From contig CM120640.1 of NCBI GenBank assembly GCA_051362555.1, positions 15,066,001 through 15,130,000 on the forward strand: a stretch of DNA of 64,000 nucleotides, read 5' to 3'. Origin of the DNA: Lingula anatina (Eukaryota > Animalia > Brachiopoda). The translations under genes and the position numbers were made by a program. The notes under the pieces are model-generated. The model saw only the letters and a program-made list of their open reading frames with translations, did no database searches and was not told where the DNA came from. Shown here in pieces: positions 51,201 to 64,000 of this stretch; the first letter of the stretch is position 1; each line of letters opens with the position of its first letter.

Positions 51201-53979
51201 ACTGGATTCCCATCCCTAGATCGATCTAAAAGGATCGGTCCATCTCCACGGGATTTCCTGCTAAATTGCTTTCTGCTTAAGTGGCGTAAATGTCTGGGAC
51301 GCCTACTAAAGCTGCTAAACGATAGTTAATTACCCCCTATCAGCTTCAGTAGGCATGACAGACATCTAAGTCGCTTAAGTTAATTGCAGTTAAGTGAGAA
51401 TCCCCTTGGAGATAATTTGATCCAAAGTTAGTACAAATAGTCTCTAGGAATGGTATCTTATTTTCTATTTCAGTGCTGATAACATAGCTGTACAGGCATT
51501 GGAACATATCCATGCCAACGAAATTGTCTTGACTGCTGGCAAGTCAAGGACTGTAGAAGCATTTTTAGTGGTAAGACATACATAATGCTGATTACACATG
51601 CTTTTGCAATTAACTTTGTAATGTTATATATATGACATTTATATTTTTAGTCTTTTGTGATTACAATGTGTAGACTGTGAGATTGTGATTCAGTATATAC
51701 CTGGAGGTAAATAAATCATAGAACTGAAGTGTAAAAAATGATTTGATTTATCATATTCATCAAATGAATATTCTCAGAAACAACATATTTCTTCTTAAGG
51801 AATTTATATTATAATTATCTTTTTAAATTTAAACTCCAGAGTGCTGCGAAAAAAAGACGGTTCCAGGTAATTGTTGTTGAATGTGCTCCATTTTATCATG
51901 TAAGTAGAAATTTTATAAATATCGTATTTATTTACTTTTTTTTTTTTGTCAATAGCTTAAGCTTTCAACAACTTTTTCATGATGTTCAACTGTGAGTGGT
52001 AATAACCTTATTAAATAACTAAATTAACTACACATTTATTAAAATCACAGTAATTTCTTGTCACATATATTTGTCCATTGTTTATAGACCTACTCATTGA
52101 ATTATGAGTTGCTGTAATTTATGTTGGGTTATACTCCATGTAATTGCACTTTCAGTATTTTTTGTCTAATAATATGATTATTATAAATTGTCAAATCTAG
52201 TGGAGAAGGTCAACAAATATGCCAGTTGTATGATTTTGCTCAATAAACATTATTATTATTTTTTTATTATTAAAGGGTCAAGAGTTAGCAGTTAAACTTG
52301 CCAATGCTGGAATTGAGACAACAGTAATCACAGATTCTGCCGTGTTTGCAATGATGTCCAGAGTCAATAAAGTGATCATAGGAACACACACAGTCATGGC
52401 TAATGGAGGGTAAGGAGGAAGATCCAAATACTTCAACACTCTTTCCACATCATGTGGTACACTTAAAGGAAACAATCTGTGCTGGTATGCTTTAAGAGGT
52501 CCTTACATGTTATGCTAAGGGGGGAGGGGGGATTGCTCACGTTTACATTGTTCTTCATTCTGTTTGGGCATAAATTGATTAATTGAATTTATGTTGAGCA
52601 TTTGGGTGACAGAATCTGTGACCGAGGCCTGTTTCACAAATGAACTGAAGTCCAAAACTTGGTCTGATTTCAGACCAAAATTTGAATGATACTTCTGAAT
52701 CAGTAGTAGTAGTAGTAACAGTAAAAGTAGTAATAGTAGTAGTAGTAGTAGTGGTAGTAGTTGCTGTTGTACAATAAAATGAAATGTTTCACTTCTTTTA
52801 TGACAAGGAAAACATTCAAAGACCATTATGGATTTATGTTAAATAGAAAAAGACCTATTATTTTGTCTGTAACTGTTTCTTTAACCAGTTTGTAGGGCTT
52901 TTGTTTAGTTTTTTAATGAACTGACCTTTGAAGTCATTGTGTTTACAAATTACATACAATATCACTCTAGTTGTAGAGTACTAGAAAGAAAAAAAAACAA
53001 AAACGGAAGAATATAAATATAATATGAATATAAGCATTATATCCATTTCCTTTTCAGGTTAAAAGCTATAAATGGTAGCCATGCTATTGCATTGGCAGCA
53101 AAACATCATTCTGTTCCTGTAAGTTGGCAGTGTTGTTTACAATTGAAAATAAAAATCAGTCCCTGCAAGGCAACTCCTTAATTAGAGCAGTAACTCAATT
53201 TTAAGGAAATTTGATCAGTAAATATCCATTTGTTCTTCTTTATTGCTTGTTTTTATTTGAAACATCTAGATGATGATTTTTTTTTAATTTTGCAAAATGT
53301 TTTATGCTAAACATCTTTTTCTTTCCAGTTAATTGTGTGTGCACCAATGTTTAAATTATCTCCTCAGTACCTTTGTTCGTATGACCAAGTGAGTAACTTC
53401 TCATGGTTGTTATTAAGTTCAAAAAAATATAGAAAAATTAGATTTGATTGTTGTATTGAAAGAATAGGTGATTTCATTACTATTAATGTTTACTTTTACC
53501 TTCTTAAGGTAAAACTTTTTAAGGTTTTTTCACTAATTATCAGAAAAAAAACAACAAAATCTGGGTGCCATTCATTACACAAAATAATATTTTCACTTTT
53601 TTATTTAGGATGCCTTTAACAAGTTTGTGAGTCCACATGATGTGATGAAATTTTCAGAAGGGGAAATTTTGTCACATGCCCAAATACAGAATCCAGTATT
53701 TGATTATGTGCCACCAGAACTTGTTACACTTTTTATTTCAAATATGTAAGTATAAAATGTGATGTGCTGCTGTAGTTCCTTTTGGCAGTTTTCGGCTTGT
53801 AACATAACACAGAAGGGGGGAGGGGGACGCATGAGATCTTCATTGTGCAAGTCTTTTTTTATTTTTGTTTCTTTCTTTGAAAAGAACCATTTTCAATCCA
53901 TTTCAGTGGAGGCAATGCACCATCTTATGTGTATAGACTTCTGAGTGAACTGTACCATCCAGATGACCACTACTTGTAG
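48299..53979 (+). CDS. EIF2B2: Translation initiation factor eIF2B subunit beta, ~352 aa, 14 coding exons
   Basis: Exons 48299-48372, 48913-48999, 49196-49284, 49774-49804, 50015-50060, 50441-50500, 51042-51091, 51474-51570, 51840-51899, 52276-52409, 53058-53118, 53329-53388, 53609-53745, 53907-53979. Motifs: [98 protein letters not shown]. Confidence 0.97.
51205..51457. mobile_element. Degenerate ~250-bp foldback element in EIF2B2 intron 7
   Basis: Nested inverted blocks: CCATCCCTAGA/TCTAGGAATGG, ATCTCCACGGGATT/AATCCCCTTGGAGAT, CTTAAGTGGCGTAAATGTCTG/CAGACATCTAAGTCGCTTAAG, GCCTACTAAAGCTG/CAGCTTCAGTAGGC. Confidence 0.65.
52702..52760. repeat. Imperfect (AGT)n microsatellite
   Basis: Seen directly; it explains the spurious poly-Leu ORF 52515-52826. 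Confidence 0.9.
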
Positions 53980-54153
53980 GCAACGAACTGAGGCAGTGGA
54001 TATTAACTTATATCTTGATGTCTCACAAGACTTTTTCAAGATGCTAATCATGGAACCTCAAACATTTTTACAGAGTATGATAAAAATTGGCATCATGTTG
54101 GGTTAAGGTTACTACTTTCCAATTTTTTATGCATTAAATTGAAAGGGAAAGCG

Positions 54154-54185
54154 AATAAAAAGATCCAATAAAATAAGTGTTTATT
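54154..54185. terminator. Opposed poly(A) signals of EIF2B2 (+) and ZNF367 (-)
   Basis: AATAAA at 54154-54159 and 54167-54172 on +. TTTATT at 54180-54185 is the first canonical minus-strand AATAAA after the ZNF367 stop. Confidence 0.55.
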
Positions 54186-54868
54186 GGTCAATTGTGAGAT
54201 TTACATCTAACTAGACCTTTTTTTTTCTTTTTTGAAAACTTAAGTTAGATACAACTTATGAGTGTCTTCTATAACACCTCTCACAGTTTTTAAAAACACC
54301 TTGGTACACACACCACTGCAAAATTGGCTCTGGTGAAATTGTGCACTGCACAATTTAAAGTTAAAACTAAATGCATACAATATATTTAGAGTCAAACAAA
54401 TGCAGCAGACATAGTAAAAAGGCTAAAAACAAAAAACTTCACAGAACGGCATGTCCAAACCACAACATGCAATTACAAATATTTACAATAGATGAAAGTT
54501 TCTGTTAAAAGCAATAATTTAAATGAATTGTTACATATATTACATCCTATCTACTTATAAATAGTACTCATTTTTTTAAATAATGAAATTGGCTTAAGAG
54601 TGCACAGACTCTAAAAGATTCCTACTAACAGATTGATAGTAAAATGTACAAACTTCCCTTCAACAAATAACTGGTAAAACTGTCATGTACAAAAGTACAC
54701 TTCAAATGGGTTTAACAAAATAAAATTATTTGAAAATTCATCACTATTTGGCCTTGCCAAGCAAAACATCCGAACTATTTGGCATATTCATTGGCAAATA
54801 AATGGAAAAAGTTTGTTATTAACATTGAAGCATACTTCTCAAAATAAAATATGCTTATCTGTAATTGT

Positions 54869-56792
<1,924 letters not shown>

Positions 56793-57146
56793 TGCTACCA
56801 CCGTAAAAATTTCTGGAGGGAAGTAAACTAAACGTATTTTCGCGGCATCTCAGGCATCATGGGAACGTGTAGTTTTTTTGATAAGTAACCACGAATGAAT
56901 AATTTAGGTTTTTTTTTAAATAGCTTGTGTACATTTTATGGAAGTTTTGATGATTTGAATGCTTGGGCAATTTATTTCGAGAAATTTTGTTTACCTGAGC
57001 TCGCGCCTTATTTGGTTGTAGTGACGTCATTTTGGCTCGAAATCCCAGCATCCATGTAAACACGCCATATTGGAAAACATTGACAGGACTTGCAGGAGTA
57101 CCTGCCTGATAAACATCCATTGTCATCCTCTAAAAAACGAGGAGCA
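56793..57146. promoter_or_regulatory. Bidirectional promoter ZNF367/SERBP1 with E2F-like, CHR-like, CRE and CCAAT motifs
   Basis: Divergent ATGs are 354 nt apart. Motifs: TTTTCGCGGC 56837-56846, TTTGAA 56954-56959, TGACGTCA 57022-57029, ATTGG ~57069. CpG-rich. Confidence 0.75.
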
Positions 57147-60100
57147 ATGGCTACCACCTACGGTATAGAGGTGAAAAATAGGTTTGAGTTGGTGTTAGAT
57201 GATGAAGATGACCCGTTCGAGATTTTAAAGGAACAAGAGGAGCAAGCAAAGAAGAAGGATGGCGACAAGACGAAGAAAAACGCCAAAAATGAGAAAGCCA
57301 AGTCTGCGAAAACAAAGCAGAATAAAAAAGCTCAGATAATCGAACCTGAACCTGCAAAACCAAAACAAACAGAGCATGTTGGTGGAAGGAGAGAAGGTAT
57401 TAACCGTGCAATACATAAAAATCATTTATTTCTCACTCACTGTAAAATGATTCTGACATAATGGGAGGCATTGAAAGCGAAAATGCTGCAAATGCAGTAA
57501 TGAAAGGGTGAGGATGACACCCGTCATGACTGAACTGCCATTATGAGTTGAAAAATGAAGTTGTTGCAGTTTGTGTCTATTACACGAGTATTGATATTTT
57601 CTCTTAGGCCATGCGTTCAAGCTGACATGCTTTCACACAAAGGTGAATAACCACGTGGTTTGTTCACACGTGACTTGGTATCAGTGAAATTAATGGGTAT
57701 TGCATGCAATTCTATTTTTTATTTGCATTGTATCTGCATTGATGAACACATGAATGAAAAATAAATGAAGGCCCAACCGTTTTAATGACTGGCCTAACTC
57801 GGACATGAGCACACTCATGTGGTAAAGTCTTAATATGTCAATTTCACATGTGCACATGGTGACCGGCTGAGAGTTGCAATGTTATATTATTATTATTTTA
57901 TTGTAATGCAGACTTGATAAATGACATCATCTGTGCAATAAGCCCCACTACTTGTAGGACAGTCTAACAATGTTTAAGTGGATACCTGTCTCCAAAGCCA
58001 CCAGAGCATGAAATTATTTACCATATTTTAAACTGCTGATAAGAGAAAAATACCTCGGTAAAAGAAAATTCTTATTAGCCAGACTTTAGTAACTTCCTTG
58101 CAGGTGTTATAGTTAACAAGGAACTAGTGTAAAATTGTTTTCTTCTGGCATACATTGTACTGTTGTTTTTAATGTGGTAATTTAAATTTTTTCAGTTAGA
58201 GATTTAAGACGGATACTTTTACTGACATCCTGTGATTTATGGGAAGTCCTAATAAATACCTATACAACCCAGTGCATCCTTTTGTTCAGCAAAAGTATAT
58301 CTTAAATGCCATTTTCCGATCTGGTAATTAATGTTATCCCTTTATGATTCAGAAAATCCACCTCCAAGAAGGCAGCGAGAGCAGTCCGCAAGGAATACAG
58401 ATACTGACAGACCTCAAAGTGACAGACGGCCGCCTAGACAAAACCGTGGACCCAGACAAGACAGACAGAATGACGACTTTGCTCCCAGAGAACAAGGCTT
58501 TTCCTCAGGTGGAGAATTCCGGTAAGATTAAGATGTAGAAATGTTACTGGTGTGGTAATACCCAAATAAAATATATAGCTTTAAAATAAATGGCCAATTC
58601 ATGTTTTTGTATTTTAAGATCTATGCTTGAGAAAGGAGGAAAATATAAGCTTGCAAACACCTAGTATGTTCTTTTTCTGATTTGATTAAATGGTTTAAAA
58701 GTGAGCTCAAAATATTTGCACTCTACAAAAATATTTAGGCTGAACTTGTAATTAGCATTTCTATTAAGAATTTTTTTTTTTTTGGGGGGGGGATAATATC
58801 TTTCAAATAATCAGCTTGCCTTTGTGGATATTTAAAAAGTAAGTAAAATGTAAAAGACCAAAGTTTTTTTCCCCCCAACATTTTAAAGACTAATTTCTAC
58901 AATTTCAGTGACAGACCAGAGAGTGGGAGGGGAGGAAGAGGAACGAGGAGAGGAGGTGGATTTGGACGTGGACGTGGCAGAGGAGGATTTGGAAAGCGTG
59001 AATTTGATAGACATAGTGGCAGCGATAAAACGTGAGTAGTGACTTCGTCATGATAGGTGTAAATAATATTGTCTGCATTTTAACTATGATGACATGAGAT
59101 AATGTAACTTAGAAATTTGATTGAGAGCACATCATCAACCAAAGAAGCAAGGCTTGGAGCTTATTACTTCTCACTACTGTAATATAATCAAGTGATGGTG
59201 AACTATAACTTGTTACAAACTCGAAGGGCCAAGGTTTTGTTCAGGGCTTTTGGTAATTGGGTCTTTTCAAGCAGTGACAAGTTTCCTTGGTCTTCCTCTG
59301 GCTTTGCATGTCTATTTGGTACTACTGTAAAATTTTTACAGACAAAGATTAAAAAAATAAGAAGAAAGTAAAAATAATAAATAAATAACTAAATTGTGGC
59401 AATTAAAGCAATCTTTTGCAGCAATTGTACAGATTGATGAAATATACTAAGATATTTTCATTCACTATCTGTAAAACCTACAAAAACCACAATCAGTTAT
59501 AATATTGAAACATATGTTCAACTTCAAATAACAAGCATCACTGGTGAGAATGGGTGGAAAAGTTTTTATATATGAATCAGACTGCTTTCGTTGTCTATTA
59601 TTTTGCTTTTCGTTCTCCCAGTCATCTTATGCCTACTTGATTCATTCTTTTTTTCCTAGCAGCGGTGTTAAGCCTGTGGACAAGAGGGACGGTGGCGGAG
59701 CATTTAACTGGGGAACTGTCAAAGACGATGTAGAGTAAGTCAGTTGGGTGGAAACTGTTTATTGCATCTTGCAACTAACCTTAAAGATTTTTTTCAATGC
59801 AACTAATTAATCACCTCACCCTGACTGCAATGGATATGTACAAGACCCTGAAAATGTTTTACCCCCTGTTTGTACTCTAACAGTTGCCCAATACTAGTTT
59901 GTTTGCAAGAGAGTGTGACTTGAAGTGTTTCTGTGATGATTCTTTATAATCAAACAGTTTGCATGACGACAAACTCTTGCTTTACCGGAAACTGAGAAAC
60001 ACTAAATTCAGATTTTGCCTAGCACCTATGGTGTATCCAACATGTCTGATCTATTGATGATAATAATTGTTCGTCTATGGCAGACTTTTTGTGTGTCAAA

Positions 60101-62314
60101 ACAATTTAAATTACATGCTGAAAATTACAAACTGCTTATAAATAATAATTAAGATTCATTTTAAGGAAGGAAGAATCCAAACTAAAACAAAAGGGTATAA
60201 ATTTTTAATTTTAAAAATGTAGGTCTGAAAGTTTGTCAATGTTCAAGTTAATGCAGTTTTTATGTCAGTAGGTAAACAAGATTTATTGTAGGAAGCTATT
60301 ATATGAAAAGTTTGCATTACAATGCTTTTAATCAGAGTTACAAATAAGAAAGTATATAATAACTGGATCTTATTGGTCATAATGTTAATTGGAGATGAGA
60401 TCTGCTTTATGAAGCCCTCCAGTTATCCTCTTTGCTACCATCATATTTGCTTTTCCAAGTAGCTCGAAATGCTAAAAAATTTAGTATGTACCAGTGATGT
60501 AGAAATTTCATGGATATTTTTGTGATTGATTGATTGATTTAAGTAGTTGAATTGTTCTAATTCAAACTGAAAGGACCTTTTCTGCTCTTACACTTCTTGC
60601 CTATGAATTACTTACCCGCTACCAGGTCCACTGATTGAATTTTCACTAGATATGAACAGATAATGTCTCTGGCTAAATGTGGTCAATTTTCTAACTGGCT
60701 GGTGGAAAATTTTCCTAAAATATCTGCCACCCTAGAAAAGGATATGAATTGAGTGCATGTTTGCCATGTATTGATTTCACCACCACCCATTCAAGTGTTT
60801 TGAATAATAAACTTTAAAATAACAAAAGGTAAAGTGTGACAGGTAAATTGGTCTGGTACATTAGTTGTTTTTAAAAGAATGTCTCTGCATTGTTTTAAAC
60901 AACCATTGGCCTCGTCTCACTTGCCCAGAAAACCAATAAGGAAAATCATTTTCTAACGCTCTACAAAGTGGTATTTTACTGCAGTGATAAGCTGATCAGA
61001 CCTTATAATGAGTACCTGTTAGAGCAGTGTTCTGTCTGGTCACATATCAAATCCATTTTGATAATCTTTCAGTGACCAATTGAATACAACCAACCTGTCA
61101 GAAGAAATTACGGACTGGTCTGCAACAAATGAAGATACTGAAAACCAGGATCCAAAGTAAGACCGTTGAGAAAGTCTAAATTAATGTGAATTTCAAAGGA
61201 GTTAAATGTTTGACATTTGATAGGTAAAAGAGCTATATGTTGAAGTTTGAAGCCTTCTCAATTAATATTTTCCCAAGTTTTGTGATTTTTTCCAATGAAA
61301 AGGATGTAAAAGTTGAATGTTATTCTTAGACTTGAATTTTAAATCTGCTGATGGTAGATTTTTAATGTTGGTAAGATGATTTTTAGTCATGTTTGTATGT
61401 TTTTCTTAAGTGAAAGCACAGATGTGGCTGAAGAACCCGCCGAGCCTGAAGAAGAGGAACCCAAGGAAATGACATTAGACGAATGGAAGGCCATGCAGAA
61501 TAAACAAAGAGTGAAATCTGAATTTAACTTGAGACGACCGGGAGAAGGTGTTGATGATGCCCAATGGAACAAGACCTATGTACTCAGTAAGAAACCGGCT
61601 GAACATGAGGAAAGTGAAGAAGAGGAGGAAAGTGATGAGGTAGGAGACTGCCATTAGTTGTTTTTCTGCATCATAGGGTTTACGAATATTTCCCTCTCTT
61701 GTCTCTTGAGATCTTTTATGGAAATAGGTGAACTTCACTGAATTGAAGTTACATGAATTTCAAAATTTGGGAATCCTCGGCATAGAAATTTGTGATGTTA
61801 AGAATTAAACGTCTCATCATAAGCCCTTTTCAGTAAATGTCATAGCAAAGGTTATATTCCTTTTACTAAATATATACTTGATAGAGTTGAACTGGGTATT
61901 TTTTAGGAGGATCGCCATGGACGCAAGCAGCATGTTGTACCGATTGAGATCACATTTAGTGACAACCCAAGACGTGGTGGTGGACGCCGGGGAGTTGCTC
62001 GTGGTGGTGGGCGAGGGCGTGGAGAGGGTGGATTTGGAGGAAGGGGGCGCGGTGAAGGTGGATTTGGAAGAGGAGAGGGTGGCTTTGGTAGACCCGATAG
62101 TGGTGGATTCGGCAGAGGGGAAGGCGGTTTTGGAAGAGGAGGAGACCGTGGTGGATTTGGTGGCAGAGGCCGCGAAGGTGGATTTGGGCGTGGAGGTAGA
62201 GGTGGCCGCGGTGCACGTGATGGCTTCCGTGGAGGTCCAAGAGGCAGGAAGGAAGCTGCTCCAAAGTTTGATGATGAGAATGATTTCCCTGCATTGACTG
62301 CAAAGGGGTCGTAA
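57147..62314 (+). CDS. SERBP1: SERBP1/HABP4 (Vig/Stm1 family) RNA- and ribosome-binding protein, ~445 aa, 7 exons
   Basis: Exons 57147-57396, 58353-58521, 58909-59031, 59660-59734, 61073-61156, 61411-61639, 61907-62314. Motifs: [70 protein letters not shown] boxes, C-terminal DFPAL. It is probably the pro-orthologue of vertebrate SERBP1 and HABP4. Confidence 0.95.
59924..60003 (+). ncRNA. Intronic box C/D snoRNA in SERBP1 intron 4
   Basis: Perfect 8-bp terminal stem AGTGTTTC (59924-59931)/GAAACACT (59996-60003), box C GTGATGA 59933-59939, C'-like ATGACGA 59963-59969, box D CTGA 59992-59995. The pre-D guide TTGCTTTACCGGA is complementary to the conserved 28S segment UCCGGUAAAGCGA (13 bp, one G-U; rRNA sequence from memory). 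Confidence 0.8.
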
Positions 62315-63204
62315 CTCTTAATGGGGAAGTGCACAACGCACACATTTTGGTGTGAAGACTTTCACACAGGGTCGTCTTGAACTGTGGACGAGGGCAGGTG
62401 ACCTACAACACATTGTAGACCGACTTGTTTTTGATTTGTGTATTATTGACATGCCACTTCCACTATAAGACATTGATGTATGGACTTAACTATGTCATCC
62501 AAGTATGGAAGTGGGTTTGTACAATTCATTCATGGTAAGCTGTACAGAACTGGATAAGCAGTTGTATATTAAAGAGATTTATCAGGCTTATATAGGGATT
62601 TCAACGGGAACTATTGTTAATGTTTATTTATTGTAAACATCATTTGCGCCAATATAAAGGATCTCGGAATCCTTTTTTTGAGTATCACAAGCTCGAATGC
62701 CTATGGCACTACTGTTATTGCATGTAGTAATGCAGGACATTGTGAATTTGAGATAAGGGTGCTTTCTCAAATCTTATTTTATTTTCTTTTTTTTCTACAA
62801 GGTAGATACTCCATTTGTATCGTATATGACCTTATGATCCAACTGCTGTACAGCTAAATCGTCAATATACAAAGGTCTTAAATAGTTGATAGTGTGACAA
62901 ATTTATTGTATCAGTCTTATTTGTTTGTTATAAATTGCAAAAGAAAAAAATATTAAAATAAAAAGATGTACCCCTTAACAATTTTTGTTGGATGTTTGAT
63001 TTTTGGATTATTTGACTTGACGGTAATGCATTTTTGTGAAGGGCAATTCTTAAAACGGCAACCTTACCCTACTGAGAAACGAATTAAATCAATTCGTACA
63101 TATAAGTGGAAAAGCACAATGAATAAAGTTTTATGTTTAGGCCATGTATTTAAGTCAAATGCTTTCTCTAATGTAAAGTGAAGGGAAAGAAATTGTAATT
63201 GAAC

Positions 63205-63345
63205 TAAATGTTAAACATCAAAAGATAAAAATGTCTTAAATGACCAACAATGTAATCCTTAAAATGTTAACACTTAAATGTTAAACATCAAAAGATAAAA
63301 ATGTCTTAAATGACCAACAATGTAATCCTTATAAATGTTAACACT
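63205..63345. repeat. Near-perfect two-copy tandem repeat, 70-bp unit
   Basis: TAAATGTTAAACATCAAAAGATAAAAATGTCTTAAATGACCAACAATGTAATCCTT...AATGTTAACACT starts at 63205 and 63275. Confidence 0.9.
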
Positions 63346-63621
63346 AAGTGTTGACTGTAATATAAGTTCAATATAAACAAGAATAAGCAATGCTATGTAC
63401 AAAACTTAAAAAGTGTAAATACATAGCTTATAAAACAAATAATCTATTTTAACAAATTGGTGATTCAGTTTTCTTTATCAATATCAAAGAACTGTAGGTT
63501 CTTGTCTTGAATATGGCTTTCATAATGTGTAAAGTATGTTTAATGTCAACCAAAGGAGTGTCCTCAACGCATGATAGAAATGCCCCTTCAGAAGAAAGTT
63601 TGAAATTCAAGTGGCTTCATT

Positions 63622-64000
63622 TCACTGAAGGCAAAGAGTACGAGCATCTAGTAAATCCAAATGCTTCTTTTCAAAGAATTTTGGTGCAATTTTATGCCTG
63701 TAATAAAAAAAGGTCAATATATGTTAAAAATAGTTCTGTTTATTGCATCTCTTCTAAATAAAAGCATAATTGGATAATACTTACCAAAGCCAATGACATC
63801 TAAAATTCTTGGCAATGTGTTTATTTGAAACACTTTTGTAAAGAAATTTATAAAATGTACAAGAAAATGCTTTTTGTACCTTATGGGAATCAGAAGCACG
63901 AGGATTGCTGGAAATGCTGGCTTCATTAATTTGTGAGGGGCAAATCCAAATGTACACAAAACAATCAGCTGTATTAGTTGAGCCAAGGTGAATAACAACA
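63622..64000 (-). CDS. SLC4A11: SLC4A11-like (SLC4/BOR family) transporter, last two exons (partial)
   Basis: Exon running from beyond 64000 to 63880 (LFTLAQLIQLIVLCTFGFAPHKLMKPAFPAILVLLIPIR) splices in frame to 63697-63622 (HKIAPKFFEKKHLDLLDARTLCLQ*). This matches the SLC4A11-type C-terminal pattern FT..Q..QL..LC.FG.....MK..FP......IPIR....P......LD..DA. Confidence 0.8.

Noticed and set aside
60054-60121. Second C/D-like pair TTGATGA...CTGA in SERBP1 intron 4
   Set aside because: No terminal stem, and only an ~8-nt rRNA complementarity.
60994-61047. Hairpin followed by ACA near the end of SERBP1 intron 4
   Set aside because: No H box or convincing 5' hairpin upstream, and the pocket is asymmetric.
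61878-62345. Pro-rich, His-rich and Val-rich ORFs of 129-146 aa in the ORF track
   Set aside because: They are antisense or off-frame shadows of the Gly/Arg-rich last SERBP1 exon.
62454-62515. SECIS interpretation of the UTR hairpin
   Set aside because: No ATGA/GA quartet geometry and no in-frame UGA in SERBP1.

Overview
Eukaryotic, AT-rich, intron-rich animal DNA; the repeats and composition suggest a lophotrochozoan (mollusc-like) invertebrate, which is inference only. The ORF track is mostly fragments, so I rebuilt gene models from splice sites and reading frame. Six protein-coding genes are present. (1) A secreted ~521-aa protein with two F5/8 type C (discoidin) domains plus an F-type-lectin-like domain (minus, 2342-17257), flanked upstream by ~23 kb of CpG-rich DNA with no recognisable coding exons. 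(2) PARS2 (minus) is head-to-head with (3) EIF2B2 (plus). (4) ZNF367 (minus) is head-to-head with (5) the SERBP1/HABP4 orthologue (plus). (6) The 3' end of an SLC4A11-like transporter (minus) runs off the window. The best observations the ORF track does not show are: an intronic box C/D snoRNA in SERBP1 with a 28S rRNA guide; a hidden in-frame Ser/Thr/Pro-rich cassette exon inside discoidin domain 2; a ZNF367-HABP4/SERBP1 divergent pair matching the human arrangement; a GC-AG intron; opposed poly(A) signals at both convergent junctions; and several MITEs. I found no CRISPR array or other prokaryote-type system, and no evidence for a wholly new multi-gene system.
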